Source of the DNA: Candidatus Desulfolinea nitratireducens
GTDB taxonomy: Bacteria; Chloroflexota; Anaerolineae; Anaerolineales; Villigracilaceae
NCBI GenBank assembly: GCA_014382535.1
Contig: JACNJN010000077.1
Location: forward strand, 516 to 64,515
DNA: 64,000 nt
Direction of reading: 5' to 3'
Shown: positions 35,511 to 45,624 of the stretch, in pieces
Layout of the letters: every line of letters starts with the position of its first letter
How positions within the stretch are numbered: the first letter of the stretch is position 1
Notes under the pieces: generated by a model
The model's input: only the letters and a program-made list of their open reading frames with translations
Databases searched by the model: none
What the model was told of the DNA's origin: nothing
Made by a program: the position numbers and the translations under genes

Positions 35511-35521
35511 AGGAGTAACTC

Positions 35522-36718
35522 ATGGAATTTTGGAAAGATCCAATTACCACTATCTTTGACTCGCTTCTGAAATCCTTCACGAGCGGGGGGATGACAGAGG
35601 ATTTGGCGACAGTCCTGATTTATTTGATCGGCATTTTGGCTTTTATATCCTTCGCGATGGTTCTGGATATTTTCCTCGTCTGGGTGGAGCGCAAAGTGGT
35701 GGCACGTTTTCAGGATCGTTTGGGTCCCAATCGGATTGGTCCCTTTGGCATCTTCCAGCCTTTTGCAGATATTGTTAAATTGCTGATCAAGGAAGATATC
35801 ACCCCATTTGGAGCGGACGTAGTCCTGTTCAACCTGGCTCCGATTTTCTCGCTGATGTCTGTCCTTTTGCTCTGGGCGATCATGCCCTTTGCCCCGAAAA
35901 TGGTTGGCGTCGATTTGAACGTCGGGATGCTTTATCTGGTTGCCGCTGGTTCGATCGGGACCCTCTCTGTGATCATGGCTGGCTGGTCGTCGAATAACAA
36001 ATACGCGCTGATGGGCGCCTTCCGCACCGTCGCACAGATGGTCTCCTACGAGATCCCGATGGTTGCCGCCTTATTGGTCGTCACCGTATTGGCCGGAACA
36101 ATGGGTGCAGTCGGGATCGTCGAGGCGCAGGAAGCAGTTCCCTTTATCATCCTTTCGCCGCTGGCATTCCTGATCTTCCTGATCTCTGCTATCGCGGAGC
36201 TGGGACGTTCGCCTTTCGATCTGAACGAAGCTGAATCTGAAATCGTGGCCGGTTTCCATACTGAATATACGGGGATGAAATTTGGCCTCTTCTACGCAGG
36301 TGAGTTGCTCCACTCTTTCACTTTCGGCGGTTTCATTGCCCTCCTGTTCTTTGGCGGCCACCGTCTCTTTGGTCTCGAGAATCTGGGCCCCCTTGTGGGC
36401 GCACTGATCTTCATGGGGAAGGCTCTCTTCTTCTATTGGGTGATCATGTGGGTCAAGTACACAGTTCCGCGTATCCGTGTTGACCATATGCTGGCTTTCA
36501 ACTGGAAGTTCCTGACCCCTCTCGCCTTCATTTTGCTGATGGTGACAGCCCTGGTCGGGCGAATTTTCCTGCATAGTCCGTGGCTTGCGCCCGCCCTGTT
36601 CATCTCAAATATTCTAATTGCCTGGTTGACGATCGAATATCTGAAGTCTCACGCCCGCAAAGAACGCGATCAGGCAGAGGCTTCTGGTTCAGCGCCTGCC
36701 ACTGCAACCCAACACTAA
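35522..36718 (+). CDS. nuoH: NADH-quinone oxidoreductase subunit H
   Basis: 398 aa. VERKVVARFQDRLGPNRIGPFGIFQPFADIVKLLIKED. RBS GAGGAG. Confidence 0.92.
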   Translation: MEFWKDPITTIFDSLLKSFTSGGMTEDLATVLIYLIGILAFISFAMVLDIFLVWVERKVVARFQDRLGPNRIGPFGIFQPFADIVKLLIKEDITPFGADVVLFNLAPIFSLMSVLLLWAIMPFAPKMVGVDLNVGMLYLVAAGSIGTLSVIMAGWSSNNKYALMGAFRTVAQMVSYEIPMVAALLVVTVLAGTMGAVGIVEAQEAVPFIILSPLAFLIFLISAIAELGRSPFDLNEAESEIVAGFHTEYTGMKFGLFYAGELLHSFTFGGFIALLFFGGHRLFGLENLGPLVGALIFMGKALFFYWVIMWVKYTVPRIRVDHMLAFNWKFLTPLAFILLMVTALVGRIFLHSPWLAPALFISNILIAWLTIEYLKSHARKERDQAEASGSAPATATQH

Positions 36719-36734
36719 ACGGAGGAGAAATCAT

Positions 36735-37250
36735 ATGACCTTTACGCAAGTTCTCTTTCTGATTTTCGCCGCGATCATTCTTGGATCCGCCTTTATGGTC
36801 GTGACCACGAAGAAAATGATCCACGCGGCATTCTGGCTGATCACAACCCTTTTCGGGGTAGCGGCTCTTTATGCCATGCTCAATGCTGGTTTTTTGGCGA
36901 TGGTGCAGATCGTCGTTTATGTCGGCGCGATTGCGATCCTCTTCATCTTCGCGATCATGCTCACCCGTAAAGACCTGCGTGATTCTGACACCCCATTGAA
37001 TAAAAATTGGGGCGTCGCAGCCTTGATCGGATTTTTGTCCTTCGGTGGGCTTTTGACAATCTTGAATAATTGGACAGGTCTTCTAAAAGAGGCCCCCGAA
37101 CTTTCCTCAGGTATGGATACGATCAGCGATCTCGGTGTTGCCCTGCTTTCCCCGAATGCTTATCTCCTGCCCTTTGAAGTTGCTTCCGTTTTGCTCCTGG
37201 CTGCGCTGATTGGTTCAGTCTATGTGGCAAATCAGGCAAAGAGCGAGTAG
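36735..37250 (+). CDS. nuoJ: NADH-quinone oxidoreductase subunit J
   Basis: 171 aa. VVYVGAIAILFIFAIMLTR. Confidence 0.9.
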   Translation: MTFTQVLFLIFAAIILGSAFMVVTTKKMIHAAFWLITTLFGVAALYAMLNAGFLAMVQIVVYVGAIAILFIFAIMLTRKDLRDSDTPLNKNWGVAALIGFLSFGGLLTILNNWTGLLKEAPELSSGMDTISDLGVALLSPNAYLLPFEVASVLLLAALIGSVYVANQAKSE

Positions 37251-37259
37251 GAGGCTGAG

Positions 37260-37568
37260 ATGATCCCTATTTCCTGGTATTTGATTTTAGCTGCTGCCCT
37301 CTTTAGCATTGGTCTCTTTGGCGTTTTGGCCCGCAAAAATGCGGTTGCCATTTTGCTGGGTGTCGAGTTGATGCTGAACGCAGTCAATATTAACCTGGTT
37401 ACATTTTGGCGCTATAACGCTCCAGCCGAAGTTACCGGACAAGTTTTTGCAATCATCGTTTTTGCAGTCGCAGCCGCAGAAGTGGCCGTCGGTTTGGCAT
37501 TGATCATTTCGATCTACCGCAACCGCAACACCATCGTGGCTGATGATCTCGATCTGATGAAGTGGTAG
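37260..37568 (+). CDS. nuoK: NADH-quinone oxidoreductase subunit K
   Basis: 102 aa. LLGVELMLNAVNINLV. Confidence 0.92.
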   Translation: MIPISWYLILAAALFSIGLFGVLARKNAVAILLGVELMLNAVNINLVTFWRYNAPAEVTGQVFAIIVFAVAAAEVAVGLALIISIYRNRNTIVADDLDLMKW

Positions 37569-37577
37569 GAAAAAAAT

Positions 37578-39746
37578 ATGGCAACTGAAAACCTTATTTG
37601 GTTACTTCCCCTCCCACCGCTGCTGGCTTTCTTCATTATTGTTTTATTTACCAATAAAAGCAAGAAGACAAGCCATATTGTTGGTGTAGGCGCAGCCGCC
37701 CTCTCATGGGCAGGTGCAATGACCGTTTTCTTTCGCGCGTTGGCAGACGATCATTTTGTCGCCTTTACGAGTAAGATCGAATGGATTCCGCTGGGTGAGG
37801 AATGGCTGGAAATCGGTGTCCGCATCGACCCTCTCTCAGCAGCGGTACTATTCTTTGTAGGGATCACCGTCTTTATGATCTTCCTTTACTCGGTTGGTTA
37901 TCATAATTACGGCCAGCCCAAGGGCGATCATGACACCTTTGGTCTTCCCCCGCATGGTGCGACCACTAAAGATGAGCATGGGCATTCGCATACCGTTCCC
38001 TCCGTGGAGCCGATGTATTCGCGCTTCTTCGCCTTTATCGGTCTCTTCGCGGCCGGGATGTATACCCTTGTTATCTCTGATAACCTGCTGACCCTTTTTG
38101 TAGGTTGGGAGATCATGGGCTTATGCTCCTATTTGCTGATCGGTTTCTGGTTTGCAAAGAAATCCGCCCGCGATGCAGGCATCAAGGCCTTTATGACCAC
38201 CCGTATCGGTGATGTCTTCATGCTTTTGGGCCTGGCTTTCCTTTATACAACAACCGGCTCTCTTTCATATGAAGTGATCTTCTCCGAAGAGACCCTCCAC
38301 GCCCTGGCCTCTGTCAATGTGGGCTTCCTCGGTCTTTCCGCTGCAGGTGCGATTGGATTGCTGCTCTTCATCGGTGCCGTGGGTAAATCTGCGCAATGGC
38401 CGCTGCACGTCTGGCTTCCTGACGCAATGGAAGGTCCTACCCCTGTTTCGGCGATGATCCATGCCGCGACAATGGTTTCGGCTGGCGTTTATATGACCAT
38501 CCGGATCTTCCCACTTTTCTCCGCTGGCTGGGATGGACATGGTCTGACGACAGCGATGAGCGTAATCGCCTTTATCGGAGCATTTACGGCCATTTTTGCT
38601 GCAACGATCGCTATTGCCCAAAATGATGTCAAGGGTGTTCTTGCTTATTCGACTATTTCGCAATTGGGTTTCATGATGGCGGCCATCGGTATCGGTGCTT
38701 ATGTTGCCGCCGCCTTCCATCTCGTGACCCACGCCTTCTTCAAAGCGCTGCTCTTCCTCGGTTCCGGCTCGGTCATTCACGGCATGGAACATGGCGTCCT
38801 GCATACGGGCGACCATAGCGTGGACCCCCAGGACATGCGCAATATGGGTGGTCTTCGCAAGAAAATGCCGATCACCTTCTGGACATTCCTGATCGGCGGT
38901 TTTGCCCTTTCCGGTTTCCCAATTGTGACGGCAGGCTTCTGGTCAAAGGATGAAATCTTTGCGGACGCCTTCGCCCATGGTCATATGGCTGTCTTCATTA
39001 CGTTGGCGGTAGCAGCATTCCTGACAGCTTTTTACACCATGCGCCAAATTTCGATGACCTTCCTTGGGAAACCACGCACTCCTGAAGCTGAACACGCTCA
39101 CGAAACAAACTGGACGATGACCACACCCCTTGTTGTTTTGTCGATTTTCGCTGTTGGATATGGCTGGGTCGGCATTCCCGAACATTTCCCTGTACTGGGT
39201 GGATTATTGCCCAACTGGTTCCACGATTTTGTCGGACATACCCTCGAGCATCCTCCCGCAGCCGTTGAATTTAGCTGGATTCCGCTGATCACATCTTTAG
39301 CGGTAGCACTCGGTGGGCTGGGACTCGGTTGGTTGGTTTATCGCAACTTCAAAGCAGGGGCGGTTGATCCCATGAAAAAGGTTTTGGGACCAGTTCACAC
39401 CCTTCTGGCAAATAAATACTATTTCGACGAAGCCTACGATTTCTTATTCGTCAAACCTGCCATCTGGATTTCGGAAGTCTTCACCAATAAGATGGATCAG
39501 GGCGTGATCGACGGCATCCTGCACTCCTTTGGAAAAGTTGCTCTCGCGGTTGGCACCTTCCTTCGCACCAAAATTGATGCGCCGATCATCAATGAATTTG
39601 TTGGTGATGGCTCTGCCGAAGTTGTGCAAATTTTCGGACGCTGGCTGCGCAAGGCGCAGACCGGTCGCATTCAGCAATATATGCTGTCTGCACTGGGCGT
39701 TTTGTTCATTATCTTTATTGCGCTGTACTATCTGGTGCTGGCGTAG
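37578..39746 (+). CDS. nuoL: NADH-quinone oxidoreductase subunit L (long form, 722 aa)
   Basis: Antiporter-like core (GKSAQWPLHVWLPDAMEGPTPVSA). The C-terminal lateral-helix region has an extra segment before LRKAQTGRIQQY. Confidence 0.9.
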   Translation: MATENLIWLLPLPPLLAFFIIVLFTNKSKKTSHIVGVGAAALSWAGAMTVFFRALADDHFVAFTSKIEWIPLGEEWLEIGVRIDPLSAAVLFFVGITVFMIFLYSVGYHNYGQPKGDHDTFGLPPHGATTKDEHGHSHTVPSVEPMYSRFFAFIGLFAAGMYTLVISDNLLTLFVGWEIMGLCSYLLIGFWFAKKSARDAGIKAFMTTRIGDVFMLLGLAFLYTTTGSLSYEVIFSEETLHALASVNVGFLGLSAAGAIGLLLFIGAVGKSAQWPLHVWLPDAMEGPTPVSAMIHAATMVSAGVYMTIRIFPLFSAGWDGHGLTTAMSVIAFIGAFTAIFAATIAIAQNDVKGVLAYSTISQLGFMMAAIGIGAYVAAAFHLVTHAFFKALLFLGSGSVIHGMEHGVLHTGDHSVDPQDMRNMGGLRKKMPITFWTFLIGGFALSGFPIVTAGFWSKDEIFADAFAHGHMAVFITLAVAAFLTAFYTMRQISMTFLGKPRTPEAEHAHETNWTMTTPLVVLSIFAVGYGWVGIPEHFPVLGGLLPNWFHDFVGHTLEHPPAAVEFSWIPLITSLAVALGGLGLGWLVYRNFKAGAVDPMKKVLGPVHTLLANKYYFDEAYDFLFVKPAIWISEVFTNKMDQGVIDGILHSFGKVALAVGTFLRTKIDAPIINEFVGDGSAEVVQIFGRWLRKAQTGRIQQYMLSALGVLFIIFIALYYLVLA

Positions 39747-39763
39747 GCTGACAGGAGTGAAAC

Positions 39764-41293
39764 ATGGATTTTCTTTCTAGTCACTTACTGAGCGTAATTC
39801 TCTTCTTCCCCGTTTTCGCGGCGATCTTGATCCTTTTCCTGCCAAAAGGAGAGGACAAGCTCGTCCGCTGGACGGCACTGATCGCCAGTCTGGTTCCCTT
39901 TGTACTCACTGTGGTGCTTTGGTTGAACTTTGATGCAAGCGCGAGCAGCGTATTTCAATTCGAAGAGAGTTATATTTGGTACGCAGCCATTAACTCGAAT
40001 TTCCACCTCGGTGTTGATGGCATCTCTCTCAGCATGGTTCTGCTTACAACCCTGCTGACCCCCCTGGCAATCCTGGCCTCCTTCAGCATTAAAGAGAAGG
40101 TCAAGGCCTATATGATGCTCTTCCTTTTCCTTGAAATGGGAATGTTGGGTGTCTTTATGTCGATGGATTTGCTGATCTTCTTCGTTTTCTGGGAAATTGG
40201 TCTTGTCCCGATGTATTTCCTCATCAACCAATGGGGTTCATCAAACCGCAACTATGCCTCCCTCAAGTTCATGATCTACACAGTAGGTGGATCCCTGGGC
40301 TTGCTGCTGGCGATCCAATTGCTGGGTGTTTCTTTTGGAACCTACGATATCGGAGAGCTGATTTCACATTTTAATTATTCCGCTGTTCTCCATAATATTC
40401 CTTTGAATATGGATATTAATGCGGTCAAGGCAATTTCATTCTGGGCCTTTGTGGTTGCCTTTGCGATCAAGGTCCCGGTTTGGCCCTTCCACACCTGGCT
40501 TCCGGATGCACATACCGAAGCGCCCACGGCCGGATCAATGATCCTGGCCGGTGTCCTGCTCAAATTGGGAGCGTACGGTTTTATCCGTCTCGTCCTACCG
40601 CTTTATCCTGCTGAATCCGCTCATTTCGCTGGTTGGCTGGCATTCCTTGCTGTCATGGCGATTGTTTTTGGCGCCTTCGGCGCTTACGGTCAGACAGATT
40701 TCAAACGTTTGGTCGCCTATTCATCCGTAAACCACATGGGATTTGTGCTCCTCGGTATCGCTGCTGCGGCTAAGGCCATAGGCACCGCCAATGCGCATAT
40801 CGCAATGAACGGCGCGATCCTGCAGATGTTCAATCACGGTCTTTCTGCGGCGGGAATGTTCTTCCTGGTCGGTGTGATCTACGAACGAACCCATACGCGT
40901 GATCTGAGAGAGTTCGGTGGTTTATTCCCTCTGGTGCCCGTTTATGGCGGCATCTTGATCTTCACCAGCATGGCCTCCCTTGGTTTACCCGGTTTGAACG
41001 GCTTTGTTTCTGAGTTCCTCGTTGTTCGAGGGGCGTGGGGCGAGCTGGCTGGGTACACCGCTGCTGCGATGCTCGGCTTGCTCTTTACCGGTGCCTATAT
41101 TCTGAAAGGTGTCAAGAATGTGCTCCACGGCCCAATGAACGAAGAATGGGCGCATGGTGAGCATAAATTGACCGATATCAATACGCGCGAGATCGTTGTT
41201 ATGGTTCCCTTGATGGCCCTGATGCTTTCCCTTGGTATTTGGCCAGGCTGGTTGCTGACCGTCATCAATAATGCTGTAACAGCGTTGTTCTAA
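39764..41293 (+). CDS. nuoM: NADH-quinone oxidoreductase subunit M, copy 1
   Basis: 509 aa. HLGVDGISLSMVLLT and WLPDAHTEAPTAGS. Confidence 0.9.
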   Translation: MDFLSSHLLSVILFFPVFAAILILFLPKGEDKLVRWTALIASLVPFVLTVVLWLNFDASASSVFQFEESYIWYAAINSNFHLGVDGISLSMVLLTTLLTPLAILASFSIKEKVKAYMMLFLFLEMGMLGVFMSMDLLIFFVFWEIGLVPMYFLINQWGSSNRNYASLKFMIYTVGGSLGLLLAIQLLGVSFGTYDIGELISHFNYSAVLHNIPLNMDINAVKAISFWAFVVAFAIKVPVWPFHTWLPDAHTEAPTAGSMILAGVLLKLGAYGFIRLVLPLYPAESAHFAGWLAFLAVMAIVFGAFGAYGQTDFKRLVAYSSVNHMGFVLLGIAAAAKAIGTANAHIAMNGAILQMFNHGLSAAGMFFLVGVIYERTHTRDLREFGGLFPLVPVYGGILIFTSMASLGLPGLNGFVSEFLVVRGAWGELAGYTAAAMLGLLFTGAYILKGVKNVLHGPMNEEWAHGEHKLTDINTREIVVMVPLMALMLSLGIWPGWLLTVINNAVTALF

Positions 41294-41304
41294 GAGGTGC
41301 GCAA

Positions 41305-42777
41305 ATGACATTTCCTATACTTAGTGTAATCATTTTTAGTCCAATTGTAGGCGCTCTGATCCTTTTGTTGATGCCTGCCGAGCGCAAGACGGAAATCCGA
41401 GTAGTGGCGTTGATGACTGCGACCTTTGCCCTGATCCTGTCATTTTGGGTCTATCTGAATTATGACCAGGTTGCTGCAGGATATCAATTTATCGAGAAAT
41501 ACGCCTGGATGCCTCAGCTTGGTATCAGCCTACACCTGGGTGTCGATGGGATCAGCACTCCGCTGCTTCTCCTGACTGGTGTCGTCATGTTCACGGGAGT
41601 GATCATTTCCTGGGGCATTGATGACCGTCCTCGTGAGTTTTTCGCCTTCCTTTTTCTCCTGGCGAGCGGCGTCTTCGGCGTTTTTGTTGCGCTTGATCTC
41701 TTCATGCTCTTCTTCTTCTACGAGATCGCCGTTTTCCCGATGTACTTGCTGATCGCAATTTGGGGCTGGGTCAAGACCCGCGAATACGCGGCCATGAAGC
41801 TGACCCTTTATCTCTTCATTGGTTCAGTTGTCGCGCTGATCGGCGCATTGGCAATGTATTTCAACAGTGGATTTGAAACATTTAATATGCTGGTTCTGGA
41901 AACCGCGAATTTCTCCCCTGAATTTCAGAAAATCTGGTTCCTCCCAGTCTTTTTGGGATTTGCAGTTTTGGGCGGTATTTGGCCTTTTCACAACTGGTCA
42001 CCAGATGGGCATGTTGCTGCGCCTACTGCAGTCTCCATGTTCCACGCGGGTGTGTTGATGAAGTTGGGTGCTTTTGCGGCATTGCGCGTTGGGATCATGC
42101 TTTTGCCTGAAGGCGCAAAATTCTGGGCACCGCTTATTCTGATGCTGGCTACCGTCAATGTAGTTTACGGTGCATTTATCGCCATGATCCAAAAAGATTT
42201 GAAATATATGATCGGCTTCTCCTCCGTTTCTCATATGGGGTTGGTCATGCTTGGATTCGCCACCCTTACAAAAGCCGGAATGACTGGGGCAGGTGTGCAG
42301 ATGTTCTCGCACGGTGTGATGACGGCTCTCTTCTTTGCTGCAACAGGTATGGTCTACGATCGAGCGCACACCCGCCAAATTCCCGAGCTGGGCGGGATGA
42401 TGAAGCCCCTTCCGTGGGTTGGCGTCACATTCATTATTGGTGGTCTTGTCTCCATGGGTATGCCGGGCTTCTCAGGTTTTGTGGCCGAGTTCCCCATTTT
42501 TATGGGTGTCTGGCAGGTGAAACCCTGGGTGGCCATTCTCGCGGTTATCTCCATTGTAATCACTGCCGCATATATTATGCTGGCTATCCGTCGGACCTTC
42601 TTTGGCGAAATGCCCAAAGAGCTTGAAGGGCATATCACCCCGATCTCTGCAATGGATAAAGTTGCTCTCGGTCTATTAAGCGGACTGATGATCGCTTTGG
42701 GCGTCTTCCCTTCAATTATGGTGCCGATGGTAGAAACGGGCATTGAAAACGTGCTCCGTCTTCTGGGAGGTGCATAA
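41305..42777 (+). CDS. nuoM: NADH-quinone oxidoreductase subunit M-like, copy 2
   Basis: 490 aa. HLGVDGISTPLLLLT and WSPDGHVAAPTAVS. Confidence 0.85.
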   Translation: MTFPILSVIIFSPIVGALILLLMPAERKTEIRVVALMTATFALILSFWVYLNYDQVAAGYQFIEKYAWMPQLGISLHLGVDGISTPLLLLTGVVMFTGVIISWGIDDRPREFFAFLFLLASGVFGVFVALDLFMLFFFYEIAVFPMYLLIAIWGWVKTREYAAMKLTLYLFIGSVVALIGALAMYFNSGFETFNMLVLETANFSPEFQKIWFLPVFLGFAVLGGIWPFHNWSPDGHVAAPTAVSMFHAGVLMKLGAFAALRVGIMLLPEGAKFWAPLILMLATVNVVYGAFIAMIQKDLKYMIGFSSVSHMGLVMLGFATLTKAGMTGAGVQMFSHGVMTALFFAATGMVYDRAHTRQIPELGGMMKPLPWVGVTFIIGGLVSMGMPGFSGFVAEFPIFMGVWQVKPWVAILAVISIVITAAYIMLAIRRTFFGEMPKELEGHITPISAMDKVALGLLSGLMIALGVFPSIMVPMVETGIENVLRLLGGA

Positions 42778-44217
42778 ATGTTTAACTCCTCTATGATTTT
42801 GGCAATCCTGCCAGAAATTCTTCTACTGTTACTTGGATTATTGATCCTGATCCTGGATATTGTATTGAAAGGTAAGGACGGACGTAATTTGGGCTGGGTC
42901 GCCGCTGGTGGGCTTCTTTTCATCCTCGTCCTGAATGTCTTCCTTGCCAAACCAACAATGCCGACAGATGTTTTTGGGGGTATGATCCGCTACGATATGC
43001 TGGGCTACGTTTTCAAGATGCTCTTCATCTTTGGTGCCATGCTGACCTCGCTCTTTATGATGGACTCTGAGAAACTCGGCAATCGGGGTGAATCTTATAT
43101 TCTTTTGCTGGTCGCGACCATTGGTATGAACCTGATGGCTTCCGCTACCGATCTGATCATGCTCTATCTCGCCATTGAGACCACCTCCATCCCGATGTAT
43201 ATCCTCGCTGGCTTTATGCGTGACGATAAAAAATCTACCGAAGCCGGTCTCAAATACCTGCTCTTCGGCGCGATGGCCTCCACAGTCATGCTCTATGGCT
43301 TCAGCCTGATCTTTGGATTCACCGGCACAACAGCGCTCGGAGCTATTTCAGGCTTCTCATTACCTTTGGCCCTGGGTGTGATTGTTCTCATCCTGGTCGG
43401 GATCGCCTTCAAAATTTCACTGGCTCCCTTCCACTTCTGGGCACCCGATGTTTACGAAGGCGCACCAACCCCGATCACGGGCTTCCTTTCGACAGCTTCC
43501 AAAGCGGCTGGCTTTGCGGTCCTGATGCGCTTATTTATTGGGTTATTCCCACCCGCCAGCGCATATGCACCCTCCTGGACGCTGATCATGGCTGTCCTTG
43601 CAACCATCACAATGACTGTTGGTAACGTCGTTGCGCTATCCCAGTCTAATATCAAGCGCATGTTGGCTTACTCCTCCATCGCTCACGCGGGATATGCCCT
43701 CGTCGGTGTTGTATCCCTCTCTGAGTTGGGTGTTGGCAGTGTGACCTTCTACTTGATCGCTTATGTACTGACAAATCTCGCCGCATTTGGGATTATCGCC
43801 GCCTTCTCCAAAGTGACTGGCTCGGAAAAAATCTCCGATTTCGCTGGGATGAGCAGACGGAATTCCGGGCTTGCCCTTGCTATGTTGGTCGCCTTCCTGT
43901 CGTTGACAGGGATGCCGCCATTTGGCGGATTTGTTGCAAAGGTTTTTGTCTTTGCAGCTGCCGTCAAAGCAGATATGGTCTGGCTTGCCATCGTGGGTAT
44001 CCTGAATTCGATTGTCGGTCTTTACTACTATCTGACCGTGCTAAAAGTTGTTTATTTGCACCGCATGGAAGGCGAGAACGAAGAGGCACATCCAATCCCC
44101 TTGAGCCGTCCATACGCCATCGCATTGTCAGTCTTATCTGCTGGCATTTTGCTGATCGGTATCATCTTTGGGCCCTGGTTCAATATTGCCAGTTCAGCGG
44201 CTGCGGGTCTCTTCTAA
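42778..44217 (+). CDS. nuoN: NADH-quinone oxidoreductase subunit N
   Basis: 479 aa. APFHFWAPDVYEGAPTPITGF. The start abuts the stop of the previous gene. Confidence 0.9.
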   Translation: MFNSSMILAILPEILLLLLGLLILILDIVLKGKDGRNLGWVAAGGLLFILVLNVFLAKPTMPTDVFGGMIRYDMLGYVFKMLFIFGAMLTSLFMMDSEKLGNRGESYILLLVATIGMNLMASATDLIMLYLAIETTSIPMYILAGFMRDDKKSTEAGLKYLLFGAMASTVMLYGFSLIFGFTGTTALGAISGFSLPLALGVIVLILVGIAFKISLAPFHFWAPDVYEGAPTPITGFLSTASKAAGFAVLMRLFIGLFPPASAYAPSWTLIMAVLATITMTVGNVVALSQSNIKRMLAYSSIAHAGYALVGVVSLSELGVGSVTFYLIAYVLTNLAAFGIIAAFSKVTGSEKISDFAGMSRRNSGLALAMLVAFLSLTGMPPFGGFVAKVFVFAAAVKADMVWLAIVGILNSIVGLYYYLTVLKVVYLHRMEGENEEAHPIPLSRPYAIALSVLSAGILLIGIIFGPWFNIASSAAAGLF

Positions 44218-44237
44218 TTGACCCATTAAAATCGCTG

Positions 44238-44246
44238 TGATATAAT
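44238..44246 (+). promoter_or_regulatory. Perfect extended -10 box TGaTATAAT, 8 nt upstream of the atpZ-like ATG
   Basis: TG at 44238-44239 and TATAAT at 44241-44246. No Shine-Dalgarno sequence before the ATG at 44255. Confidence 0.5.
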
Positions 44247-44254
44247 CCGCAACC

Positions 44255-44560
44255 ATGAGTGAAGGCGAAAAGCAGGGTAAAAACAACCTGCAATATGCTT
44301 ACAATCTAACCCTGGCCAGCATAGCTGGTCAGGTTGGCTGTTTGACACTAATTATTATTTTTGCCGCTCTCTTTGCTGGCCTCTGGCTCGACGGACGCAT
44401 GGATAGCAAACCGATGTTTACCATCATTTTGCTGGTCGGAAGTGTCCCGGTGACCTTATTATTAATGTTTCGGGTTGTCAAATCAGCTACGAAACGAATC
44501 AAACCAATAGAGAAAAAAGAAACCCCTGAGGAGGAACAGAATAGTGGAAAATACTCCTGA
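44255..44560 (+). CDS. AtpZ/AtpI-like small membrane protein of the ATP synthase operon
   Basis: 101 aa, two TM. Positioned immediately upstream of atpB. Confidence 0.7.
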   Translation: MSEGEKQGKNNLQYAYNLTLASIAGQVGCLTLIIIFAALFAGLWLDGRMDSKPMFTIILLVGSVPVTLLLMFRVVKSATKRIKPIEKKETPEEEQNSGKYS

Positions 44561-45524
44561 AAAGAAAGGCTGGTGGCGCTGGGGCTTTAATCGCTGGCTC
44601 GTGCTGCTCTTTATGATTGGCAGTGGCGTTGCCGCAAGCTATTATGCGCCAGTTCGACCACATGTGCAACTGCCTGCGGAGAATGTTAGTCATTATCCCT
44701 TGTTCGGAAATGTCTACCTGACCAATACAATGATCGCAGTTTTGATCGCAGATGTGCTATTAATTTGGATGGCATTTAGCTTTTATCGAGCCACAAAAGG
44801 CGGAAAATCCCTGATTCCCAAAGGTTTTTCCGGTGCGGTTGAAGGCTTTCTGGAAGTCATTTACAACCTGACCGAAGGCACTGCCGGTAAATGGACCCGC
44901 TTCATCTTCCCATGGTTTGCGACGATCACATTGCTGGTACTCGTGATCAACTGGACAGAATTGATCCCTGGTGTAGATAGCATTGGGATCATTCACGAAG
45001 CAGAAGGTCATGGGCAAGCGATCCAGGATTTGGGTTGGGCAACAACCCTGATTGCTGAAGAACCTGCCCATGGCGAACATGGTTACGGGCTGATCCCCTT
45101 TGTCCGTGTTACCTCTACTGACTTGAACTTTACCCTCGCTTTGGCACTCATTGCTGTATTTATGGTCCAGTTCATAGGGATCAAGGCCCAAGGTGGTGCA
45201 TATTTCAAGAAATTCTGGTTTACTGAGACAATGTTTACCAAACCCATGCTGGGTGTGATCGATTTTGGTGTTGGTCTTCTTGAGTTGGTCTCGGAATTCT
45301 CGAAAGTTCTTTCCTTTGCTTTTCGTCTTTTTGGGAATATCTTCGCCGGTTCGGTTCTTCTGTTCGTTATCGGTACCCTTGTCCCCGTTTTCGCCCAGTC
45401 CATGTTCCTGATGCTGGAATTCTTTGTCGGGATGATCCAGGCTGTAGTTTTTGGCCTCCTGACAATGACCTTTATGGCGCAGGCCACCCAGGGTCACGGC
45501 GACCACGAAGAAGCGCACGCCTAA
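44544..45524 (+). CDS. atpB: F-type ATP synthase Fo subunit a
   Basis: 326 aa. GTG start with GAGGAGG upstream. Conserved SFAFRLFGNIFAG (essential Arg). Confidence 0.9.
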   Translation: MENTPEKKGWWRWGFNRWLVLLFMIGSGVAASYYAPVRPHVQLPAENVSHYPLFGNVYLTNTMIAVLIADVLLIWMAFSFYRATKGGKSLIPKGFSGAVEGFLEVIYNLTEGTAGKWTRFIFPWFATITLLVLVINWTELIPGVDSIGIIHEAEGHGQAIQDLGWATTLIAEEPAHGEHGYGLIPFVRVTSTDLNFTLALALIAVFMVQFIGIKAQGGAYFKKFWFTETMFTKPMLGVIDFGVGLLELVSEFSKVLSFAFRLFGNIFAGSVLLFVIGTLVPVFAQSMFLMLEFFVGMIQAVVFGLLTMTFMAQATQGHGDHEEAHA

Positions 45525-45624
45525 GTTTATATTTATACATTTCGGGCAAAAAATCGCCCGGGTTAAACCAATGAAGTGGCGGCCCGTCCCGCCCGAAAAA
45601 ATTTGATACGGAGGTATTTTCAAA

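Noticed and set aside
45525-45624. Structured element between atpB and atpE (CGGGC/GCCCG pairs)
   Set aside because: It has only short 5-6-bp stems and no T-run. Without comparative data I cannot tell it apart from chance pairing in a GC-rich patch.
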